Below, in pieces: positions 37,477 to 47,800 of a stretch of 64,000 bases of DNA. The notes beneath the pieces are model-generated. The model did no database searches. It saw only the letters and a program-made list of their open reading frames with translations, and was not told the origin of the DNA. The stretch comes from a virus. The position numbers were made by a program, and so were the translations under genes. The stretch lies in the IMG/VR virus record IMGVR_UViG_3300023178_001963; one strand, 5' to 3'. Each line of letters starts with the position of its first letter. Positions within the stretch are counted from its first letter, which is position 1.

Positions 37477-37868
37477 TATAATTCTAGTGCCACATCAATC
37501 CTTCTGGAGCTTCTTAATTGCTCGTATTCCAAGTAATACTCATTTACAGCAAAAAAGTATACATCTGAAATTTTATCTAAAAATTCTTTTGTGTTATTAA
37601 TGATTATAGGTAGTCTATTCTTGTCAAGTATAATAGCCTCTTCTCTACCAGATGAAACTATAAAGTTAACAAAACCTATAAGTTCAGGCGATACTTCAAA
37701 TGTACCTCCATTCATACTGTATGACAATAAATTATCTACTTTAGCTTTGATGTTTTCTTTATTCAAGTTAAAGGTCTTCATAGCGTTTTTCATATGAAGA
37801 GCATTTTCGATTTTTTCTTTTTGTAAGTTTCTATTTAAATCATCATTCGATGGTTTTCTCTTAGCCAT
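37476..37868 (-). CDS. Hypothetical protein, first gene of the enzyme operon
   Basis: AGGAG RBS; downstream of a consensus sigma70 promoter; TAATG coupling to the next gene. Confidence 0.75.
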   Translation of the reverse strand: MAKRKPSNDDLNRNLQKEKIENALHMKNAMKTFNLNKENIKAKVDNLLSYSMNGGTFEVSPELIGFVNFIVSSGREEAIILDKNRLPIIINNTKEFLDKISDVYFFAVNEYYLEYEQLRSSRRIDVALEL

Positions 37869-37894
37869 ACGTGTACTCCTGATATAATACTACA

Positions 37895-37923
37895 ATTATA
37901 CACTATATGATTTTTGTTGTCAA
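37895..37923 (-). promoter_or_regulatory. Perfect sigma70 consensus promoter TTGACA-N17-TATAAT
   Basis: Minus strand reads TTGACAACAAAAATCATATAGTGTATAAT. Confidence 0.85.
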
Positions 37924-37926
37924 CTA

Positions 37927-39957
37927 CTATATTACTTCATCGTAAATAGTATAGTCTGTTGTTGGAGAATATGATATAGATGAGTCAGTAACACCAGTGA
38001 TTTGGCCTATTGTACCATTTGCAAATGCTACGACCCCACCCACTAAACTTAATGTAGATATATCTAATCCATTATCACTAAAGTATGTTCCTGAACCGAC
38101 ATTGTTTGTATTGCTTGAATACGCACTAGTTGTGTTAAGAGTAGGAAGACCGTTTAGTAGATTTGTTTCTTCTATACCAGACTGGAATAGCCCTACTACT
38201 TGAACTCCGCTACCAGCACCTGTACCACCATTAACAGAATTTATGATAATGTTTTGTTCTTCGTTTAGTATTCTAGTAGCATTGAATGTTGCACCAACGG
38301 ATGTACCAAGATAAACAATTTCTGTTTCTTTAACAATAAATCTTTGTCCGTTCGCTGGATTTGTAACCTTTCTAGTGTAACCGATTTCGTCTTGTATTGT
38401 TCTGCCGCTATCAACCCAAGAAGACCCATTCCATTCATAAACGATACCAGTCTGTGCGTCAATAAGAATATTAGCATCAAGACCACCTGTAAAATTAATA
38501 TCAGCATATGTACTACCACCTTGAGAGTGGCTATAATACCCATATGGGGCTTCGCCTTTAAATACTGCCAATCGTGGATCGCTATCTAAATCTACAGTTA
38601 TCTCTGAAGAGATTTGATAGTTTTCCAGATCGTTCCAATGTGTTGTATAAAACTTAAATGTGTCACCTTGTCTTTGTACTTTTATTCGTGCTTGATCTGG
38701 ATACCAAGCATTAGAAACTGTTGAACCAGTTGTAAATGATATATTTGCTATTACATACTGAGGCAACCATGGTCCATTTTCAGTATAAAATACCCCCCAA
38801 TGCCCAGTTGGTTGTTGACCACCTTTTGTACGAGCAGCAACTAGTGCTTTGTTGGTCGTACCGTCTCTCACAAAAGCAGCAATAAGACCGATAGTATCGT
38901 CATCCCATGTAGCTACAGAATATACTGTACCTTCAAAAGTAAAATCGCTGTGAGTTGTTGGTGAAATGAACCCGCCACCCAGAGAAGTATTTGTAGGTTG
39001 AACAAAACTTTCAGTATTAGTATCATAATACCAATCAGCAGCTTGCCCTCCAGGAGTTGTACCGCCAGGATAATAATTTCCTCCATCAAATCTGTCCCAA
39101 CTGTTGAAAATGTCTTGTTGTGTTGGTGGAACAAGTGTTTGTGTAGCAGCAGTAGCATCACCGGAATCCCTATAGATATAAGACTCTTGTTCCGGTAGAG
39201 GGGTAATGTTTATATAAACATTTCCTGTTTGTGTTTCTGTTCCATTAGTAACAGTGTATTGAAATCCGGCTGGTTGACCAGAAAGCCCTGTCGAAACAAA
39301 CTCAATAGTAGTACCATTTAAACTTAATGTACCATTAGTTGGATTTTGAACAGATGATACACTTAGTGATAAACCCTGTCCATCAATATCGTTTGATACT
39401 AGGTCAGAAGAACTTAGTAAAAGAGTTTCAGCTTGTCTCAAATCATATGTATCAGATACAGCAATAATAGGCGGTATCGCTACAACATTCATTGTTACAG
39501 TGCCTTGTTTTGTAATATTAGATGAGTTTCTAGCTGTATATGTAAAACTTGCTGCTACACCAACTCCACCAGTACTTGTAAATTCAATGTTAGAACCACT
39601 AAGAACAACCGTACCATTAACTGCGTTAGAAACAGATATGATTGTCAAAGGGTCTTGATTATTACTATATTCATCAACTGCGCCATTTAAAATATCTGCG
39701 ATTGGTATAGTAGCAGTATATGTTGTGTATACTTCAAATGAATTAGTAGGAAGAATAATTTGATAATTAGATAAACCGTAAAAATCACTAAAAGACACAG
39801 GATCACCTGTATTCTTTCCTAATACATCACCGATAGATGCTAAAAATTGTGAAGACGCAATTGCGGTAGCAGAAGGCCTTGCAGCTTCCGGAAGTCGTGT
39901 ACTAAATTCTGTTCTGATGTCGGACATAGAAATAGGTCCGGTACTTTGTAGTGGCAA
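37927..39957 (-). CDS. Tail-associated adhesin/receptor-binding protein with two cadherin/Ig-like domains and a lectin-like domain
   Basis: TTG start after AGGAGAG; N-terminus PLQSTGPISMSDIRTEF...VSFSDFYG; two repeats of L.I.SV.N..NGT..L.G..IEF.STG..G..A.F.YT; WDDDTIG (thrombospondin C-terminal-like). Confidence 0.7.
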   Translation of the reverse strand: MPLQSTGPISMSDIRTEFSTRLPEAARPSATAIASSQFLASIGDVLGKNTGDPVSFSDFYGLSNYQIILPTNSFEVYTTYTATIPIADILNGAVDEYSNNQDPLTIISVSNAVNGTVVLSGSNIEFTSTGGVGVAASFTYTARNSSNITKQGTVTMNVVAIPPIIAVSDTYDLRQAETLLLSSSDLVSNDIDGQGLSLSVSSVQNPTNGTLSLNGTTIEFVSTGLSGQPAGFQYTVTNGTETQTGNVYINITPLPEQESYIYRDSGDATAATQTLVPPTQQDIFNSWDRFDGGNYYPGGTTPGGQAADWYYDTNTESFVQPTNTSLGGGFISPTTHSDFTFEGTVYSVATWDDDTIGLIAAFVRDGTTNKALVAARTKGGQQPTGHWGVFYTENGPWLPQYVIANISFTTGSTVSNAWYPDQARIKVQRQGDTFKFYTTHWNDLENYQISSEITVDLDSDPRLAVFKGEAPYGYYSHSQGGSTYADINFTGGLDANILIDAQTGIVYEWNGSSWVDSGRTIQDEIGYTRKVTNPANGQRFIVKETEIVYLGTSVGATFNATRILNEEQNIIINSVNGGTGAGSGVQVVGLFQSGIEETNLLNGLPTLNTTSAYSSNTNNVGSGTYFSDNGLDISTLSLVGGVVAFANGTIGQITGVTDSSISYSPTTDYTIYDEVI

Positions 39958-39982
39958 AGCTCTCTCCTAATATTACTATTAG

Positions 39983-39990
39983 TATTTATT
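39983..39990 (-). promoter_or_regulatory. Late-promoter-like AATAAATA
   Basis: Upstream of the adhesin gene. Confidence 0.45.
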
Positions 39991-41062
39991 AATTATTAGG
40001 ACTATTTGGATTATAAAGAGTGCCTTCCATATCGTGTAGAATTTGATATGTTGGAGAAGGTGAAATAACACCTAAGCGTGATGGATGAGGGTCGTCTGCT
40101 CTTTGCTGTGAAACGTTCATACTAAGAACACCTTGGATTTGACCTGTTATATAGTTACTGTATCCACCGTAGCCACCATAACCACTATAACCACTGTATC
40201 CTGTATAACCACAGTATCCACCATAAGTATTTAAATGTTCATTATTTAAGAAATATACTGCTACATCAATTTGATGATCTGAATGTAGTTTCGCCCATAC
40301 TTCATAAGCGTTATTAGGCAGACCTATATAATTGGCTCTTTTTGTGTAAACATTTTGATAGCTACCAATAAGACCGGTATATCCTAAACCAGGAGTACCT
40401 GCGCCCTTACTTGATACTGTTTCGCTGTGTTGAATTTTCACTACCCCAATATCAAACAATAGTCTATGCCATCCTTCAGATGTATCAAAGTGATAACCTT
40501 CAGGTATATCAGGAAGGTTAGGATCTAATTCTGATTCAATTCTAATTTCACCGCCGGCATTAAAGAAGTGTCTCATTGAGTCTGCGTCAACAAAATTAAC
40601 TCTAAATTCGTACCATTGATTTTCTTGTCCCCACTGTTCATCTGTGGGGTCTGGTTCGCATACGACAAATTCATTCATAGAACTTACTAGGTTACTTTGA
40701 ATGCTCATTTTAGATAAAGTATAATTTAGTTTGTTTGCTCTTAGCTCTTCTATGTCATCCATAATCTTTGCCATATGAGCAACAACTTCAGCTTTAGTTC
40801 TAAAGTCACCGTTAAGTAATGTCGTAGGAGTAGTTAACAAAGTTCCCTGATGAACTGCTGCAAACTTCATAGCATCAAATAATCTAAGCCAGTGTCTTCT
40901 ACTTATTCGTGTCCCACTTGTTATCAAATTCACAAACAATTGATCTTGTCCGTATCCAGCATCTCCTGATCCTAGCGCAACGACTTCGTTAATATCGTTA
41001 GCTAGTTGGTTATAATCTTTTGCTTTAAAGTAACTTACAATCGGATAACTTTGCGGCGACAT
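39989..41062 (-). CDS. Tail/virion structural protein containing a (Tyr-x-Gly)n tract
   Basis: DYNQL...GYGQ N-terminus and RHFFNAGGEIRI; position in the tail module; YGGYCGYTGYSGYSGYGGYGGYSNY. Confidence 0.6.
   Translation of the reverse strand: MSPQSYPIVSYFKAKDYNQLANDINEVVALGSGDAGYGQDQLFVNLITSGTRISRRHWLRLFDAMKFAAVHQGTLLTTPTTLLNGDFRTKAEVVAHMAKIMDDIEELRANKLNYTLSKMSIQSNLVSSMNEFVVCEPDPTDEQWGQENQWYEFRVNFVDADSMRHFFNAGGEIRIESELDPNLPDIPEGYHFDTSEGWHRLLFDIGVVKIQHSETVSSKGAGTPGLGYTGLIGSYQNVYTKRANYIGLPNNAYEVWAKLHSDHQIDVAVYFLNNEHLNTYGGYCGYTGYSGYSGYGGYGGYSNYITGQIQGVLSMNVSQQRADDPHPSRLGVISPSPTYQILHDMEGTLYNPNSPNN
40151..40225 (-). repeat. 9-bp-period coding repeat encoding (YxG)7-YSN-Y
   Basis: Nine Tyr codons at every third codon, with mixed synonymous codons. 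Confidence 0.9.
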
Positions 41063-41072
41063 TCACTCTTCC

Positions 41073-41747
41073 TTAGTTTACTTGTATTGTTATTGTATAA
41101 TCTATCACTATCGTTCTATTTGCTGAAAGTAAAACTGGATGGAATGTTACATGTGTCAGCATTATTGTCTTGTCTTCGTCAAGTTCATTGCCGTTCTTAA
41201 CACCACTTAATAGTCCAATCTCATCAAATGTAAATGCTCTAACACTATCCATATCAGGTGAACTATCCGATACAGGCAAAGAAAGATTAGGGTCTACTGC
41301 CTGTACAGCAGCCTCATAATCTGTATGAGATATTTCAACTGAACATAGTATCTTTGCTGTATTCGCTGGAACAACTTCACCATTTCCCATGTCTTGTCCA
41401 GCATGAAATACTGTATTTACAGTCTCTTGTTCATATGTTTTAGCATATAATGTTGAGTTACTAGAAGTTATAGGAAGTTGATCGTATGTACCAAATACTC
41501 TTGGCGCACGATAAGAAAGCGCAGTTGTTGAATTAGAGCCGCCGTTACCGAATGCTAACCAATTAACAACGGGTGGGGCACCATTACTATTAACGCTTGT
41601 TGGATGACCGCCTAAGGCAGAAGCAAGAGCATATGCCATATTACCAGGATGAATGGCATTCTTCTTTTGAAGAAGAACTTTTCCACTATCCTTGTCATAA
41701 ATTTTTATTGTCCCTATGATTTGGGACTTTACATCATCTTTAAACAT
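41073..41747 (-). CDS. Baseplate/tail structural protein
   Basis: KKNAIH, FGNGG, FDEIGL, THVTFHPV...IDYTITI; position in the baseplate module. Confidence 0.6.
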   Translation of the reverse strand: MFKDDVKSQIIGTIKIYDKDSGKVLLQKKNAIHPGNMAYALASALGGHPTSVNSNGAPPVVNWLAFGNGGSNSTTALSYRAPRVFGTYDQLPITSSNSTLYAKTYEQETVNTVFHAGQDMGNGEVVPANTAKILCSVEISHTDYEAAVQAVDPNLSLPVSDSSPDMDSVRAFTFDEIGLLSGVKNGNELDEDKTIMLTHVTFHPVLLSANRTIVIDYTITIQVN

Positions 41748-41779
41748 TCTAGTCTCTCTTAAAAAGTTTTTATTCTATA

Positions 41780-41787
41780 TATTTATC
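41780..41787 (-). promoter_or_regulatory. Late-promoter-like GATAAATA
   Basis: Intergenic, upstream of the structural gene starting at 41747. Confidence 0.6.
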
Positions 41788-41803
41788 ATTTTAACAAATT
41801 ATG

Positions 41804-44800
41804 CTATAATAACCTTTTGTCTGGTTCTTCTAACAAGAATACCATAGTCTCAGGAGATGAGAAAATATATATTTTATCTCCTTGTAGCCCGTTTACAGCT
41901 ATTCCATTAAACAACGCACGGTCTTTTATTCTAAGTTCAGCGCCTTCTTTTCTGTCATAATGTAAGAATTCAATGTTTCCATTTTGATCTTCTATACCTA
42001 TGATTTGTACACTTTCTGCTTTAGCATTTCTAAATTTAGTTTCATCGGTGACGGTCAAAATGTTATTATTCCACGAATCGATACTATCAGTTTCGACTAC
42101 ATGCATCATATGACCTCTACCAAGATTATCATACACTATAAATGATTTTTTATCAAGTGTTAATCTTGTTTCATCTGTAAAATTATCAAGTCTGATGATA
42201 GCAGAGTCTAGTATACGTGACTCAACTAGTCCAGTATCATATCCACCTTCATCTGCTGTTGTTTGATAAAAACGTCTTAGTAGACCACCTTGTTCATATG
42301 TACCATCTTCCATTTCAGGGAAATCTTCTGGCTCAACTGATGGGTGCATTTCTATTCCACCATCATATGTATTAATTTTGTATCTACTATTTCTACCAAA
42401 GTCAATATGTAAGTTCATGTAGTTTAATGCGTCAACATCTGCTTCCACAATCTCTTCTGGTTCATAAATTCTCTTTATGTCTCGTAACTTAACATGATAT
42501 GGTTTAGCTTCCATTAAGTATTCAATAGTATCATTGTATGAATCACGTTGATATATTGCGTGTTGTCTTAGTGGTTTATTATAAAGATTAACATCAATGT
42601 AACTTGTTTTAAACAACCAGTCTGGATATGTTTTTTCAGTATACATATAATCTAACATACCAAAGAATAATTCTTTGATGTATGACAAATCAGAATACTC
42701 ATATATCATATTAATAAATTCATGTAGTTGAACTTTAATAATGTTTTCATAATATTTTGGAACACCTGTTTCTAGTGTTTGACCAGGTAGTTCTATGTCG
42801 TTAAATGTTAGACTTAGTGCGCCTTTTACTTTGTTCACTAATCTAATTTCTTTTGGTTCACCAAAACCAAAGTAATACTCTTCGTAATTTTCATTTTTAA
42901 TTTTGAAACTACGTGTACCATTTTCAAACATTGTTATCATATCAATATTTCTAGTTCTGCTTAAGAATTCATAACTAGTAATATCCTTATAGTCTTCGTT
43001 TATATACCAATTAACTGCTTCAAAAATATAGTGATCCAATTCCACATAATCTTTATAGAATGGATATCTAGCTTCAATAAGAGTTTTATTAAAGTGGTCG
43101 TTGATTATAGATTTAAAGTTGTCTCTCGCCGAGTCTAAATCTGAGAACCAATTATTAGTGATCGCTCCTACTTGATAAACTCTAACAACATCACCAACTA
43201 TAACATCATAGTTGTTATTAATTCTAAGTGAAGTTCCGTCAATTGAGAAATCTTCTAAATCTATAAAATGATTATTAACTGATACTGCGATATCATCTTC
43301 AGTTAAATCTGTTAAGAAATCAACTTCTAATAGAATGCCTTCATCATCAATATCATATATACCAGCAGTTAGGTGAACACTATTTTCAATCTTACTGTCA
43401 GCAATACTATTTTGTAAATCACTTAAGTATTCAGGCATGATTGCTACTTTTGATTCACGTGACAACAGTTCCCAATCTGAGTGACGATACTGTTTATTTT
43501 CGTCGGAACTATATTGTGTTGTAACCCACCACCATCTGTTTTTAGCTTGTGTTTTATTAGAAACAACAATAGTATTTTCATCGATAGGTATGAACTTATC
43601 TTTGATATCGCCAGTTTCAATAATCATTTTTATTTCATCTGTGCTATACTCTTTGTTGTATCTTGGTAATGTACCTAAATCAGTCCAATAGTAATACTTC
43701 GTAACTTCTTTCTGTCTAGCTTCGTCCCAATATATTTCTTGGTTAAACCATGTAATACCATCTGGTAGAACTTCATTTTCAACCCATTGTTTTATGACAA
43801 TTTGAGAACCGTCGACTACTTTGCCCCAATGTCTTTTTACATAATCAATTTCGATGTTTCCGTTAGCATCCCCATAATCATTATATCTATAGAAACGAGC
43901 AAGATTAGTATCCCACCAAATCTCACCAAGATGCTCATCTAACCATAAGTCTTGTGAATAGTACTCATCATACTTTGCAGGGTCTTGCCAATCCACAAAG
44001 TCGATATCTTTCATAATTGTTCCTGGTAATTTTAGATTTAGTGGATCAAATAATTGGTGTTGAATATAATCTGTCCCATCACGTATAATCATTCGTTTAA
44101 CTAAATCTACATTTACTTCACGTGCTTTTCTATTTTTAACAGTTAGGTTTCCGACATTACTTCTGTCAAGTACTGCCCAACCTCTGTCATTATGTTCATC
44201 TGCCCAAATTGTTGTTTGATCGTTTAGTCCTAGATTTACATAGAAGCTATCAAAGTTATCACCGTTGTATCCAGGTGTGTATCTTACCGACTTCCAACGC
44301 ATAACTTTAAAGTTTGCGTTACTTTGAATACTTGTGTAGTCTCTATACAACCCTAATTTTTCAAGTAGCAGTTCACTTGTTCCGCTGAAACTTATAGCAA
44401 GTGTAGAACTAGATATAATAAATCTACCATCTGAAGTTATAGATGCTGTATATATAGAAGACTGATCATTTATTTGGTCTCTAAATTCAATCAGCGATGT
44501 ACTTAATGATTGTGTATTAACATATTCACCTGCTGCTATACCAAAGTCATCTAACGGATTACCTGTCAGGTTACTTATAGATACACTACTATCATTACCG
44601 CTTATAAGTAGTCTTCTGTCAACTTCTGTAGCTGTCATATCTGTATTAGATAGCACTGAGTTTATATCAGAAATGATATTATCTAATGACCTTGAAACTT
44701 CTGTAGTGTTTAAGAAACCTAATCTTCCCATAGCACCAGTAGTTACTTCTGTTACTGTGAGTGTAGGATTCAATGATCCTATTTTTAATCTACCAGACAC

Positions 44801-47800
44801 AGTTGTAGCACTGACACCTGAAATTCCAGCTTGGTTTATCTGTTGTGCTACACTAGAAGATGTAGGCTCTGTAGTAGAGTTATAAGTAGATCCTGGGAAT
44901 CCAAACGAGTTGAAACCGCTGCCACTTAAAATCATTTGTGAACCATTTGCTGCGATTACAAGTCTATTACTTGAATTAATGTAAGATGTAACATTAGTTT
45001 TTGTATTAACATCAGCAGCAAAATTACTTAACTTAGAATCTGAATATACAGATGATGTACTAATTCCTAAATCTTGTAGAACACCACCTCTCAATTCTAA
45101 TTCTGGCAGTGAAGATGTTAATCTTAGCGCACCGCCATTGTTTGAAGCCACAACATCAACTGTTCCATTATTGATTGTATCAATTATTTCTTGTAGACTT
45201 GGAGGTTGAGATACCGGTTGGGCTTCTAAATTAATTATAAATGATACTAAACCGTCTTGGTCAACATCTGGTGTTAGTGGATCTCCGTCATCATCAACTT
45301 GCCCATCTTGTATTGGACTAGTAAATGTTATAACACCATTAGAGTACGTATACGCAGTTGTAGTAAACGGAGCATCAACTCCATTATCAACTGTTATAGC
45401 TCCTGGTAAGAAATTTGTCATATCAGTGCTTAAAGTCAGACTTGTCACAGGAGTTGATACGTTTGTTTGTTGTTCTGTTGTATCAGATCCAGTAATCGAA
45501 GGAACTGTAAACTGAATATTTGTTCCATTGATTTGAATTGATTTAGTTTCTGATATCACAGGATTTACAGAACCATCAACAACAATATCTTCGATAACAT
45601 GTGTTGTTACATCACCATCTAGGTTAATTCCCAACTGTGTACCAGTAGCAATACTCGTAGATGTTGTTATACTAGATATAGCTTCTATGTTTTGTGTTGA
45701 ACTAAAGTCAACTGTAATATTAGTGCCATTGATAGAGAATACATCTCCCTGATTTGATGTAATACTGTTTACAGCTTCGATATTGTTTCCACCAAATGTC
45801 ACAACTGTATTTGCGTTTCTAATCAAACCTGCATCATCATAAACAACTAATCTTATCTGTTCACCCTCTGATACAATTGGATCAGGTGTTGCTGTTGTGC
45901 CACCTATGATAATACCAGAACTAGAACCACCTGTTCCTTCTTCGTACACAAAACTTGTACCATCAATTACAAGAGTTTCACCATCGATTAGTATTGGATT
46001 ACTGTTAGAACCGATTGCTTCAACACCAATGTTTTGCGATGTCGGTACATATATAGAATTTGTTGTTGTGCTATCAATCTCAACTGTTACCGGTTCATAG
46101 TCTGTATCAAAAACAAGATACTTGTGAACTGTAACATCATCGAATGCTTCTGTTCCATCATTGACTAGATAATAGTATCCATTAATTTCTGGATCAATGT
46201 CATCATTTGTAATTTTTAAGTAAACTGTATCTGCGATATCCACCTGATTTGTTAATGCCACATATAATTGACTATCACTTGTTTCTCCAACGTATGATAT
46301 TTCAGCAATTTCACTTAGTCTGCGAACATCCCAATCACGTTCACTATCGAACTGAATCCATGCTAAGTCACCTTCATAGTAACTATCACTAACTGTAGTT
46401 TCAAGTACAGCAGCATTTCTAACAATGTAATTAACATCCTTAGAATCAACATATCCTGTTGTTTTTATAGGTGTAGTTCTTGCTGTCTCTCTGTATTTGA
46501 ATGGTGTTTCACCAGTATATTCAACCGAGTATGGATCACTAAAGATTAATTTTGTATCAATACGTTTTGATGATGAAATATCTTTGTTAAAGTTACCATA
46601 CTCTCCTAACTTAAATGCCCACATGTCTTCGTGTTTGATATCTTTAAAGTTAGAATTTTTGTTTACAATTCTGTTTACACTTGAGTCTGTGCCTTTACCT
46701 GCTAGGAAGCCTTTGTAGAATTCTAGTTGTGACTCTCTTTCCATAAGGTGATTGTTTAGATATAGACGTTTTGTGTAACCTATTTGATTTGCTTTTAAGA
46801 TATTGACATTCTTAAGTGACTGATCTACAATAGTATCTCTGTGATATTTTGTATCAGCTACCATTGTTTCTAAGTTAGGTATCATCACGTTATCATACAT
46901 AATGTAACCATCAGCACTTAGTGTGCCGTCCCAATCACTAGTTCTATTACAGTCAATAATCATTCTTAGATTTCTATTATGGTGTAGTGGATCATAAATT
47001 ACGTCACCATATGAATCTACTCTATCAATCACATAAGCATGTTCTACATCAGTGATATCAATCTTCATTCCGTATACAGGTATCGTTGATTCCCATGTAA
47101 TAGCATCACCTTCTGAATAGAATTTGATTGCTGTGTTTGGTATTTGTCTACCTGATGAATCTACTACTCTGTAGAAGTTTTTATTTGTTTCTTTCTGAAC
47201 TGTAGCAACACCATATGGTGTAGAGAATCTACCCGATAGCAGGATAGGAGTTAGAGTTATAAACTCTCCTATATCATGTTTTTCAGCAGACCAATCTAAG
47301 AACTTGATTAGTAAACTTTCAAAGTCTATGTTTTCACCCTCACTGTTTATATCAGTAAAGTCCCATCCAACTGCTCTTAAGTAATCTTGGTAACCAATAA
47401 TTAAGTGAGCCACTTCGTCTAAACTATAAAGAACGTCACCGTAGTTATAGGATTTGATTTGGTCTTGTAGAGTCTTCTTATAACCATTTGCTCTGATTTG
47501 ATTAACACGTGGCCACTCTTTTAGTAATTTCCAGTTGTCTTGTAAATCATCGTTGAATAAACTAGACGCTGTGTGATCAGACAAAGAAATATATGGGCTA
47601 CCTTCATACATAACATATGTGTCATTCTTATAGAAAGTACCCGGCGTCCAAACGTTTAGTGTTGCTTCGTCGCCTCTTGTTGCCCAATCTTTTTCACCGC
47701 TAGTTCTATCCCAATCCATAGCAAAGAATGTAGGATTAAAATCATCATATCCATAAATTCTGTAACCAAAGTTTCTAATCTTAGGCTGTGATATTAATGT

